64,000 nt of DNA, from NCBI GenBank assembly GCA_030704615.1, contig CM060732.1, positions 63,798,001 to 63,862,000 on the forward strand. The letters run 5' to 3'. The translations under genes were made by a program, and so were the position numbers. Source of the stretch: Takakia lepidozioides (taxonomy: Eukaryota; Plantae; Bryophyta). The notes under the pieces were generated by a model, which was not told where the DNA came from, searched no databases, and was given only the letters and a program-made list of their open reading frames with translations. Every line of letters starts with the position of its first letter. The stretch's first letter is position 1. This document shows positions 1 through 10,810 of this stretch, piece by piece.

Positions 1-139
1 GCCAACTCCCTCTAACCTCGAGCACCTCCCACGTGTGCCATGGATGCATGCACCCCGTGGTCCTCACATGCTCGCCCCCACTCACTGCCTGTACCGTCTC
101 GGTAGGCAGAGAGACCATTGAGGGAAGTGTACTCCGCAC

Positions 140-1110
140 TCTGCGTTGCTCAGCTAGAGCCAAGCTGATAATCCAGGTCAAGCAATTGAGATCCATTGCT
201 TGCCCCAACACTTGACGACGTGATGCCTCAGAAAGAGACGACACCGCCGTGGTACCAGTGGTAAAACCCATTGCCCGCTCACGCTCGTCAGCATTAGGCT
301 CCACTAACTGCTGCAATTGAGCATCCCACAGGAGGCCAGGTCCACTATCCCGGAAAGCATGCGATCCTGGGAAGCTGAGCAGTGTAGGTAATGCTGCCCG
401 TGGTTGACCCACCTTGTTGACCACGCCAAAGGCGAACGGTCATCGTGTCTCACACGCTGAGACTGCCTCCCTGTGTCCAGAATGTTATCCACTGTGAGAT
501 GTGCTGGCCGCTGCACCCATCAAATGCACGCTTGAGCAGTGCGGGTGGCATCAAGTTAGTCCACCATAGCCGTGGACGATGAGCCGTGACCCCACTGTAG
601 CTGCATCTAGCAACACTGCTGACCCAAGCCACGACCGGACTTGATGCACACTGGCCATCACCCTGGCCCGAGAATTGCCCATCAGTGGCACATTCTCCAA
701 GATGTATGCTGGAGATACAGCTTGATGAAGCTGCAAGTGGCGCAAACCGCACCATCTCCCAAAACAGACCCGACCTCAAGTCTCGCAATCCATTGCCATG
801 CCCGGCTGATGAATGCCCTTGGCAGGGCCAACCTGCCACTACCAGATCAATGGAGCCACCCGCTCCAAATCCTGCGCCCCCAGCAACGAAATGTCTGCTG
901 GCAAGGCCTGCTGATATCCACGAATTGCAGACACCGACAACAACTCAGGGTACCGCTGCACCAACTGAGCAACATGGCGAAGTGAAACGCGTCGTGCAGT
1001 CTCATCCCTCTCCACATACAGGTAACGCCGAACTCGTACACCTGCTTGTAACACAGCAGCCAATCCGGTGCTGATCCCGCCAAACAAGTCCAGAAGACAA
1101 ATGCCTTCAT
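140..1110 (-). CDS. C5-cytosine DNA methyltransferase domain (DNMT3/DRM-like) within the retrotransposon polyprotein; 1-nt frameshifts
   Basis: Motifs in order: I LLDLFGGISTG, II YLYVERD, IV GWPCQGHS.AG...D.RSGLFWE, VI YILENVP, VIII AHRPRLWWTNL, IX ERERAMGF, X RRQVLGQAMD. Motifs IX and X were translated by hand from ~304-140. Confidence 0.92.
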
Positions 1111-1458
1111 CCGGATACTGCCACACAATAGGTGTGGTGTCCAATGGAGACAATTGAGGTGGTCCTGGTGCAATCCCCACACTCTCCTCCTCTCCTGACG
1201 GTACAAAAGCCTCCACCCAGGCTTGTTGCACCGTCGATCAGCATCCCGCTGCAAATCCTTGCTCGTGCCCCACAATGGAGTCTGAGCAACCATGGTAGGC
1301 AACTCCGCCATACCATACATCCTGCTCTCCCGGAGGTGGTACATCCTCTGAATGAGCATTGCCCTCAAGCAACTCTCTAGGCCAACTCACTGCCGCTGTG
1401 AATGCTGCTAGTGTCGGCATCTTGCCTCGCTGGGCAACCGCAACTCCTCCTATGAACG

Positions 1459-1944
1459 TCACAGGGAGCTGCACACGCCGGCCCTCCCCTGACTGCCATG
1501 CAGGCCTATAGGAAGCTGACTCCTCCCAAAAATCCAGGGTGAAGCCCATGGGGTACAACACTGCCCCACCAACCAGGACATCGTATGAGCGTCTGTCACA
1601 ATGGCCTTGGCTCGCATCACTGAGCCATCTGTAGGGTGATCCGGCCGTAGTCTGATAGCCAACTCACGCCGTGTCATGCCCCGAGCCTGCTCCGATCCTC
1701 CCAGAGACGTCTGTATCTGGAAAGGACAAGGCTCCATATCCGCCTCCGTGAGGCCCAAGCCTGCAATAGCAGCTCTGCCCAGCATCAATGGCTGAGCTCC
1801 CGAGTCCAACAAGACCCGCAGTGGCCGGTACCTCTTGCCTGCCGGTCCACTCAAACAGAAAATGCCATCCTGGTTGTCTAACATGACAACTCCAGGTGTC
1901 ACCATGGCGCGCTCAATGGCTGGCCTAGCTGGCAGCTCCATCAA
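1459..1944 (-). CDS. Retrotransposon aspartic protease domain
   Basis: Active-site motif RVLLDSGAQP, downstream of gag. Confidence 0.8.
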   Translation of the reverse strand: MMELPARPAIERAMVTPGVVMLDNQDGIFCLSGPAGKRYRPLRVLLDSGAQPLMLGRAAIAGLGLTEADMEPCPFQIQTSLGGSEQARGMTRRELAIRLRPDHPTDGSVMRAKAIVTDAHTMSWLVGQCCTPWASPWIFGRSQLPIGLHGSQGRAGVCSSL

Positions 1945-2215
1945 CCTGGCAGCTGCAGCTTGCCATGGCGCCGCCGTGGCAGTCTTGACCTCAAATCCGA
2001 GGATCCCTCCGGCACTACACCTCCCACTATCTCCGCAGAAGATGAGATAACCTCCCCACTCTCACAGAGTGTAGCTGCCAGCCTGAACACCTCAGCTGGT
2101 CTTACCCCCGGCGTCGCAATCATGGTAGCCGAGAACAATGGAGCCTGGCACACAGATGTGGCCGCTCCTAGCAGCACACTAGCTGCCGTAGCCTTGGCAA
2201 CACTAGGTAGTGGTG

Positions 2216-4012
2216 CTACCGTGTAGCTCTCCCCAATGGCATAGTAACCTCCGCCTCGGTAACAGTCGGGCGAGAACTAGGTGCCATGGATGGCGTCGAC
2301 ACTGTCTCCGCCAATGTGAATGACTGAGGAAGCCTAGCCTGACGGCTTGCCTCCCCACGCTGTGGATCCAACTCCACCTCTGCACCTCGTGGCTCAGGAA
2401 CTCGTGCTGCTCCTCGAGTCACGGCTGCAGCAGACTCCACCTGCACTAGTGGTAGTGCTGCTCCACACATGAATCCCATGCCTCCCATATCTCCTCCCTC
2501 AGGAGCAGGAGGTGGACCATCCGGCCTTAGAGCCGGTACCACCTGAGCTGTAGCCATGGCAGCGAGCCTCTGCTCTAGCTGCTGAAGCCGGTTGGCCATG
2601 CCTTGGTCAACACCCCTGACCTCCGCGTCCTTGGCCACGTTGAGCTTGCCCTTGGCCTCGTGGCTGGCCACCTCGTCCCCTCTGGGCTGCTCCACCTCGC
2701 CCCCGGCCACCATTGTTCCCTTGGAACTGGCCTGGGCGCAACTCAGGATGCAAACCATAACACTGGCCTCTCCATGCCCGTGTTTGCCACAATGCCCACA
2801 CTGCAACTGTGCAGGCTGTGCATGTGCCGGCCCTTTGCCTCCCTCTGGGCAATCCTTCTTGACATGGGGTCCTCCACATGTCCAGCACACCACATCCGCC
2901 CGTTGTTGGCCAGCAAATGAAGGGAGAGACCCCTGCATCTGAGGTCCTCTCTGCCCTTCCCTGAGCTTCACCTGAGCCCCCTTGTTGCCTTGAGCACGTT
3001 GAGGTAGTGGTTGGCTAGGAGCACACCACTACCCCGTGGTGTCTCCTTAGCAAATCCCACCATGACCACTCGTTCCTCCACCATGTTGAGCTCTATCCGC
3101 TCTGCCAGCAAAAACACATTTGCTAAGGTGGGTTGGGCCGCTTGTAGGAGAGTTGCATCCCGCACCCTTCTCCTCAGCTCCTTGTCCAATATCCCATACC
3201 AGAATTGGACTGCCTGAGCTTCCGTAACCCCTTGGGTTACATTTATCAAGCGCCTCATGCGAGTGAAAGCCTCCCTCAAGCTCTCGGTCGGCTTCCGTTG
3301 GAACTCTTGCAAGCTCCGCAACTTCTCTGTCCTCACCCCTTGGTAGTTCCCTCTCAACTCTTCGAAGAACTCCACAACAGGGTTGAAGGCAGGCACGGGT
3401 GCTAGTGCTGGTGCGGTAGTGGCTTGGGTGGACGTCGTAGCTACTGTACCACCAGTCCCACTGCTACTTGCTGAAGCTGCCGGTGCAGCGGCAGGTGTAG
3501 CACTGCCCTCGTGGCTCTAGTGCCCCTAGTGATGGAGACATAGTCGGGTGACCAGTACATCCTCCACTCCTCGATCTCAACTCAACCTCATGCCGCCTGA
3601 ACTCATGGTAATCATCCATAGGCGGCCCCTCAAGGTGCTGAAACAGCCCCTTCCATGCCATGAAAGGCGTAAATAGTTGTGGATTGCGCATTTGCTGCAA
3701 ATCACACCAACTATCAAACTCTTGGATAAAATCATCCAACTCGATGGTGCCCACCGCCCCAGAGTACCTTCGTGGCCCCTTGGTAGCTCCATACATCTCC
3801 TCCATTGTGTCCCACAACAATGGCAAAGAAACAACTTGCACCGCCGGTATGAGTCCTCCTGATTCACAATCCGAATCAGAACCTTCCGTAGAAGACACAG
3901 GAGGTGAAGGTGGCCTAAACCGCACACCTCGTCTCGTGTACCCACTAGTATCGCTAGTGCTCGAACCGGCACTGTCCCCAGCAACTAGTGGCACCTCCGT
4001 GTTGACACTCAA
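2216..4012 (-). CDS. Gag (retrotransposon capsid plus two zinc knuckles), frameshifted
   Basis: LQEFQRKPTESLREAFTRMRRL is a Retrotrans_gag-like Q..E....Y/F..R motif. Zinc knuckles are CWTCGGPHVKKDC and CGHCGKHGH....C. The protein is spread over ORFs 3464-4012, 2968-3396 and 2216-2971. Confidence 0.82.
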
Positions 4013-4740
4013 CCGGTCATGAACATGTCCCTAACCCCCTCTCCACAAGGTAACCGGGTAGAGAACCTGTTGCGGCTTATGGTTTGGAATACTAAGTTCC
4101 TAACATAGCCTACACCTGTACCTGCATCCACCGCAAACTCCTATGGTTGGCTGGTCATCACCTCCAACCTCACCACAGGAGAAACAATGATGGTCTGGCT
4201 GGTCATCACCCCAGCCTCACCATCGACAATGCTCTAGGACTGGCCGGTGATCAAATCCGGACCAATCACCTATAAAAACAAGCGCCCACACAAAACTAGC
4301 ATGGCGCACAGTCAAGCATGCAGGTATGGAGGGGATCCAAACACAAGAATCAGAACGACAACTCCCCACACCAAAAACAACTCCACGGTGTTGCTCCTGC
4401 AAGGACACCCCAGCCCAAACCCGGACTGACTTTTGCCTCCACCTACGGAAAGGTCTTGGCCTAATGAGAGGGTGGAAACTACGAGGAAGAGAAGCTAAAG
4501 CAATGCCTAACCCCAGCATGCCCTCATCCCAACACTCTTCCTCTCCTCTTTCCCTCACTTGCATGACCATGGGAATATCATGAAGATACTCCTCAAACCG
4601 CCCTCCACGAGCTTCAAAATTCGGCCTTCCAGACCACATGCCAGTCCTTAGGCAGTCCACCAGTGCCTCCACGAGTCAGCACAGGCGTCCACAGGTCAAC
4701 ACGGCCACCACAGACCAGTACAGGCCCACACAGCTCACTG

Positions 4741-5455
4741 GTCACAGCCCCTCACAGCCTCCAAAGGCCTCAGGCACGGCCAGTCACAGCCCCTCACAGC
4801 CCCAAAGGCCACGGGTACAGCCTGTCACAGCCCCTCACCCCGTCACAGCCCCACAGGCCTCAGGCACGGCCTGACACAACCCCTCACAGCCCGTCACAGC
4901 CCCAAAGGCCTCAGGCACGGCCTGTCACAGCCCCTCACAGCCCGTCACAGCCTCAAAGGCCTCAGGCACGGCCTGTCACACCCCTCACAGCCCATCACAG
5001 CCCCAAAGGCCATGGGCATAGCCCGTCACAGCCCGTCACAGCCCCTCACAGCCTCAAAGGCCTCAGGCACGGCCTGTCACAGCCCCTCACAGCCCATCAC
5101 AGCCCCAAAGGCCATGGGCACAGCCTGTCACAGCCCCTCACAGCCGTCACAGCCCTGGGCACAGCAAGTCACAGCCCCACAGGCCACTGGGCACAGCCCG
5201 TCACAGCCCGTCACAGCCCCACAGGCCCTCAGGACCGGCCTGTCACAGCCCCTCACAGCCCGTCACAGCCTCAAAGGCCTCAGGCACGGCTTGTCACAGC
5301 CCTCACAGCCCATCACAGCCCCAAAGGCCATGGGCACAGCCTGTCACAGCCCCTCACAGCCCCTCACAGCCTCAAAGGCCTTAGGCACGGCATGTCACAG
5401 CCCCTCACAGCCCATCACAGCCCCAAAGGCCATGGGCACAGCCCGTCACAGCCCC
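4741..5455. repeat. Tandem minisatellite built from TCACAGCCC units in the 5' non-coding part of the DNMT-Gypsy
   Basis: Dozens of (G/C)TCACAGCCC units interspersed with CCAAAGGCC/CAGGCACGG, directly visible. Confidence 0.95.
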
Positions 5456-7059
5456 ATCCATGGCCGCTCTGGCAGTTTAGCCATTTCTCCAAGGGGTTTA
5501 GCCACGCCAAGCTAGGGTTTGTGTCTCTTGGACTCTAGGCTTCTTTCCACTGAGCTATGGCGGCTGTGAGGAAATCAGCAGGTATTCTTGCTCTTTCGGC
5601 TCCACACACCACCATAGTAGCCCTAAGCCATGAGGTGGTTGCCACAAAACCAAGCCTTCTTTCTCACTTAGCCTCCCCAAACACGCCACTAAACTCAATG
5701 GCAAACAACCAAGCCCTGCTGGTTCCCAGCCCTTGTGAGCACTCATTCAAGCACTCTCCTTGGCCATAGCATCTGTCTTAGAGCCTATTCCAGCCCCCTA
5801 CACCTGCTGCTTCAAGAGTTGCGCTCCCTTCAAGCTTGAAGTTGAAACCCCAACTCACATAGGCCCTACAAGTGCTTTTCTTTCACTCCAAGTGGAAACC
5901 AGCCCTAGACCTTCCGTTCTAGCTCTCTAAAGCTTGAAAACAAGAGCCTCAATGGGCTGAAGGCATGCTCACACACATGCCCCACTCTCACCATAAGAGA
6001 ATCAGCTCCTTTGCTTCATTTCTTGCACCCACAAACCTGAAAAATACAAGCTTCAGCAGGCTGGAAGCATGCTCCACATGCCCTACAGGGAAACCAGCCC
6101 TTCCTTCCTTTCTTGCACTCCCACACCTGAAAGTGCAAGCCTTCACCAGGCTGATAGCATGCTCCACACATGCAACCTCTTCACACAAGAGATATCAGCC
6201 CCCTATCTTGGCTCCTTGGTTCCTTGATGCTCTCTAAGACAAGACTAAGCACTCCACAGCCTTGCCAAGCTCCTGAAACCCTAAGGCTTACATTTCCAGC
6301 CACAAGACACTTCTCTTGTGGTGCAAGAACTCTTCTTCCAATCTCTGAAACCCTAGGTGCACATTCCATGGCCTTGTCGCACCTCTTAGCTCCTGTTCCA
6401 GCCCTGCTCTCGCCATGACAAGAGCCCTCTCAATGCTGAAGCTCGAGATTGAAACCCAATCTCACCATACTCCACAAAGTGCACTGATTTGCCCCAAGCC
6501 AAATCAGCCCTTTCGCTTGGTCCTGCAGTATGGTGCTTTCATCTCTGAAGCTGAAGATCGAATGCCAAGGTTTACCACCTCGTAACCCACATCGCCTCCG
6601 CTTCTAACAACCAAGAGCTCCACAGTGCTCCTTGCATAACAACCTTGGTTTCTCTCATTCTCAAGCAAAAAACCACAAGTGCTACAACTAACTCGTATCT
6701 AGCACTCATAGATACGAGCTCATCTTTCTCAAGTGATAAAGAAGAAGAATACAAGCACAAGCTCATGCGAGCTCATAAAGCTGAAGCATAAACTCAGGCA
6801 TATATAACCTCATCACTCAAATACAAGTCAAGCCAAGTGCACCCCACGCCATGGGGAATCCACACTACGGCGCCATAGCTAGGCGCGGTGAGGCTCAACT
6901 CGAGAAAGATGAGCCTTCCGCGCTTGCCGTGAAGATAACCACTCCAGGGCCTAAATCTGCCTTGACCCCTGGATTGACACTTGGGCCAATCCCAAATGTC
7001 AATATGTAAAAGCTAGCTATTTCCTAGCTAGTTTCACACTAGTGGTAAAATAACTTGAC

Positions 7060-8080
7060 AACCTGAATGTCAACAGGCTTTTGAGGAACTTACATTGTCA
7101 GTAACAACTACACCTGTGCTGATTAATCCTCACTGGCAGGAAATATTTCATGTTCACTGTGATGCTGCTCTGGAGAAGCACTAGGAGCAGTGTTAGCCCA
7201 AAATGTTACAGAGAAGGATAGATTCACCTGTGTACTATGCTAGCCGATTGATGAACAATGCCGAAAGAAATTATAGCACAACGGAAAGAGAAGCATTGGC
7301 AATGATCTATGCAGTGAAGAAATTCAGGCATTACCTGTTGGGCAAGAAGTTTATGTTCTATGTGGATCACCAAGCTCTGATATACCTGGTAAACAAACCT
7401 CTGATAAGCGGAAGAATAGCAAGATGGTTGATAATCTTGCACGAGTTTGAGTTCGAGGTTGTTTACAAGCCTGGGAGGCTGCATCTTGTGGCGGATCACT
7501 TATCACGGTTATCAACAGAAGAACTAGCCACGGGAGTAGATGATCAATTACCATATGCGAGTCTATTTGCAGTGGAGGTGCAAGGAAGTACAGATGACTG
7601 GTTAGATTGGCAGTGGCCAATCAGATACTACCTTGCTCATGGTCAGTGCCCACCAAGTTATGGAAAGGAGCAGAGAAAGAGAATTGCTATCAAGGCTCTA
7701 CCTTACACTATGGTAGGGAGCAGAATGTATAAGCTAGGACCAGATGGAGTGCTGAAGCGATGCTTATATCACCATGAAGAAACATGAATTATACCATGTG
7801 GAAGAAGTACGTGCTGATGCAGCTGATAACATGACCAGAATTCAGATGAAGTGAAAGGAACAGTTTGATGAAGGCAAGATAAAGACTTTTAAGACGAGAG
7901 ATTTGGTTCTCTGGTTGCAGAAGAAGGGGAAGATTAAAGCTTCTAAGCTTAAATCACCATGGAAAGGACCTTATGTCATACAGAAGATGTATGATAACAA
8001 TACCGCCATGTTACAAACCATTAACAAAGAAATGTTGGGAAGAGTCAATGCCAATAAGTTGAAGGGGTACAGTGGTATCC
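7060..8080 (+). pseudogene. Gypsy pol remnant (RNase H plus integrase C-terminus; integrase core deleted)
   Basis: ORF 7203-7787 is RNase H-like. The sequence jumps from CLYHHEET directly to the integrase C-terminal GPY region, with stops and frameshifts. Confidence 0.85.
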
Positions 8081-8213
8081 ATGACAAACCATTGCAGCAT
8101 GATTTGTATGTTGAAACGCAAAAGCAGTCACGGGCTGCGCCAGTGATACCAACGGAGTATGGAGCACTTGTCGCTAGGCCGAGCATATATGACCAGGGCG
8201 GGCAGAACAAGCG

Positions 8214-8512
8214 CGACACAGCCTATCACAGCCCATCCCAGCGCAATACAGCCTATCACAGCCCAACACGGCGCGACATAGCCTATCATAGCCCATCACG
8301 GTGCGACACAGCATATCACAACCCAACACGGCGCAACACAGCCTATCACAGCCTAGCACGGCGCAACACAGCCTATCACAACCTACCACAGCGTGTCACA
8401 GCCTATCAAAACCTACCACAGCGTGTCACAGCCTATCACAGCTTACCACAGTGCAACACAGCCTATCACAGCGTACCACAATATGACACAGCCTGTCACA
8501 ACTCAACACAGC
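8214..8512. repeat. About 10 copies of a 30-bp tandem repeat (ACACAGCCTATCACA...)
   Basis: Visible 30-nt period; it translates as repeated TAYHSPxRR. Confidence 0.92.
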
Positions 8513-9100
8513 CTACTAGGGTTACACAATCCATAGAATCAGTGACAGGTGGACGCATGATAACTTCAGGGAAATGGCCGGCGGAAGAAAGGACGGAAGC
8601 CAGTTTAGAAATGGACACGTGGAAGTCAGGGCGCGACACACAGCTGAGAAGGAAGTGCAAGAATAGGTGTCATCAAGAGAGAGGACAAGAATGGCCGTCA
8701 AAGTACCTACTTAGCACGTCAATTCGGATGAATGGCGGGCCCATTAATGAATACGGAAAAAGGGCAACGGAACAAACGACAAGTACAGAAAAGCGAAATT
8801 CTGGTCACATGTGTTATCCTAGTGGACAGACCAGCAGGGAAAGTCCACTAAAGAAAATTAAATCTAAAATCCAGTCACAGCGGTTACAGCCAATCTTAAG
8901 CCAGAAGCATGATCAAGAAATTGGAGGGATTTTAAGCGCAAAAGTCGGCGTCGTTCCAAGTAACGGGCGTCTCGACGGGACAAACCATCAATGTTATAGC
9001 TTTGAAGCTATGGAGGAACTAACAGACAATACGCTCGCAAATATTATTACGCAGTGGCATAGGGACGGAAGAACAGAGCGGATCTTTCTCTAATCGATGC

Positions 9101-10810
9101 TTGCAAGCCCCGCAGGCTTACAAGAAATTACCCACGTTTATGCTTTGTGCCCTGCAGGCATTTCTTCAATTGTTACAGCCAAAACCTTTCTGTGGGTCTA
9201 GAATGAAGAGAGTGAGAGGAATGGAAGAAATCAGGGTGAAAAACACCACAATCCTGCAGAAACAAACGATTGCTACTCCACAGGCGGTACAGTTACTGAA
9301 GGAGCTGCGATTAGAAGGATTGCAAAGCAAAGATTGGACATTGCACCATAAGCAGTACATGTTACAATTCTTGCAGAACTTTGAGCCTAGGACAGGAGCA
9401 ACAACGGTGAAGGGAGTTGAATTAGAAATTACTCCCCTATACCTACAGCAATTGTTTGAATTGCCATCAGGTCAGGTGCATGTGGAGGAGCACAGGGCAA
9501 GACTGCAAATAGGGGACTTATTCCAAGAAGGGAGTTTCTTTAAAACTCAGGGTTATGCTTGTACCAAGGCCGTCTACCCAGGGCTAAGGGAGGTAGGCCA
9601 GGTATTGAACGTTCTGTTTGCCATGAAACAGAACCAACAGTATTTGAGCAGATCCTTCGTAGAAGAAATACTCAAAGCCCTGAGAGGAGAAGAGGTAGCA
9701 TGGGCGGACATAATGTACAACGCACTGGTAGAGGAGATGAAAAGATTACAGGGCACTGCCGCAAAGTCTCCTATCATAGTGTCTGGCCCAATCATTGCTC
9801 AAATAATTCTTGATTCTTGCATACTTGATGCTCGGGAAAGAAAGAAGATGGGAGTGTTTGAGACCAAAACCACTGCAATGGAAGAGCAAGGCTCTTCACA
9901 CAGTGAGGGTGGACTGGCAGGGCAACCCCAGTCTAAGAGACAGAGGCGGGGAAAGACTGTAGTGGCGGATCCACTGGCTTCACGGAAACTGCATGATAAT
10001 GTTTCCCAAGCTCTTGTGCAGGAAGGGGCACAGCAGCACAAAGAACTTCTATTATTGGAAGCAGGACCTTCAGAGAGGGAAGAGGAATTTACTTCAGTAT
10101 CACAGCCATCACAGCTAGATGATCGTCACAGAGTTACCACAAGTTGTCCATGCAGTTTCACCAGAAATAATTGATTTGGAGAAAGAAGGGTTAGATATTC
10201 CCACTACAGAACAGGTGGTGGCAGAAATTGAGAAGGGTGACCTTCTCTATGAAAATTCTGGTCTGGTCAGGGAAACAGTGATTCCGGAGGTGCAGCGGTT
10301 GTCCAGGGGAAACCCTGCGGTGCATATAATACACACACCTGTGACGGAGGTACCACAGGTAGAATGTCAAGACACTACAGCACCTGCGACGGATGAAGTG
10401 GTTTAGGAAGAAAATCTGGTGGGGCAATGGCCTGAGTGGTTCGTGAGGCATCACACTGTTGAGGATCAGGGAGAACAGAAGCAAGCTCACCATGATGACC
10501 CTCAACAAGCCATGCTTATGAGTTCCATAAGCAGGACACTTAATTTGTTGGGCACTTATGTCAAATCCCATGTTCCAACTTCCCAATTGGCAGCTTTGAG
10601 GGAGGAACTCAGGAAGGAGTTTGAAGCTCGACTTGCCACTGAGTGTGCAAACAAGGTCGATGAAGAGGTCATTCTCAAGATGCAGCAAGACTTAGAGAGT
10701 ACAGAAGCGGCTTTGCAATTGGCCAATGAACAATTGATTGAGGCAGGCCTCGCGCAAGACCAGTCGCACGAAGCACATAAGCAACAGCTATACCAAATGC
10801 AGGTGAGGCC
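9101..10810 (+). pseudogene. Extra 3' ORF of the Gypsy element (Athila/Tat-type accessory ORF with C-terminal coiled coil), broken
   Basis: Long ORF 9101-10174 (TVKGVELEITPLYLQQLFELP...VAWADIMYNALVEE), continuing in 10119-10406 and 10419-10810, located after pol. Confidence 0.55.

Larger units (their letters stand above)
1..7038 (-). mobile_element. Ty3/Gypsy LTR retrotransposon, 5' part (LTR/leader, gag, protease, C5-DNA methyltransferase); RT/RH/IN presumably continue left of the window
   Basis: Minus-strand order is gag with zinc knuckles, then aspartic protease, then DNMT. The putative LTR start TGTGAAACTAGC at 7038 sits exactly where it interrupts RT/RNase H coding sequence of another Gypsy element. 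The inner LTR boundary and PBS were not resolved. Confidence 0.8.
7039..10810 (+). mobile_element. Older, degraded Ty3/Gypsy element (RT-RH connection, RNase H, integrase C-terminus, tandem repeat, extra 3' ORF), truncated at both sides
   Basis: PECQQAFEEL..TPVLINPHWQEIFHVHCDA; YYASRLMNNAERNYSTTEREALAMIYAVKKFRHYLLG..DHQAL..ADHLSR; KLKSPWKGPY (GPY/F motif). Confidence 0.85.

Noticed and set aside
4663-5538. 291-aa and 167-aa Pro/Ser/Thr-rich ORFs
   Set aside because: They are stop-free readings of the TCACAGCCC minisatellite, antisense to the element.
6860-6880. TGGCGCCGT (minus strand) as a primer-binding site defining a short LTR
   Set aside because: It is not preceded by a CA LTR end, and an alternative candidate (TGGTGGAC at ~4655-4662) exists. 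This cannot be decided without the second LTR.
7037-7050. CACTAGTGG as the missing CACTA 5' end
   Set aside because: It does not match the family TIR (CACTAGAAGCATTCG). It is better explained as an LTR end (...CA) abutting RT-coding sequence.
7903-9093. 396-aa ORF as a novel gene
   Set aside because: It is the integrase C-terminus reading through a 30-bp tandem repeat and spacer.
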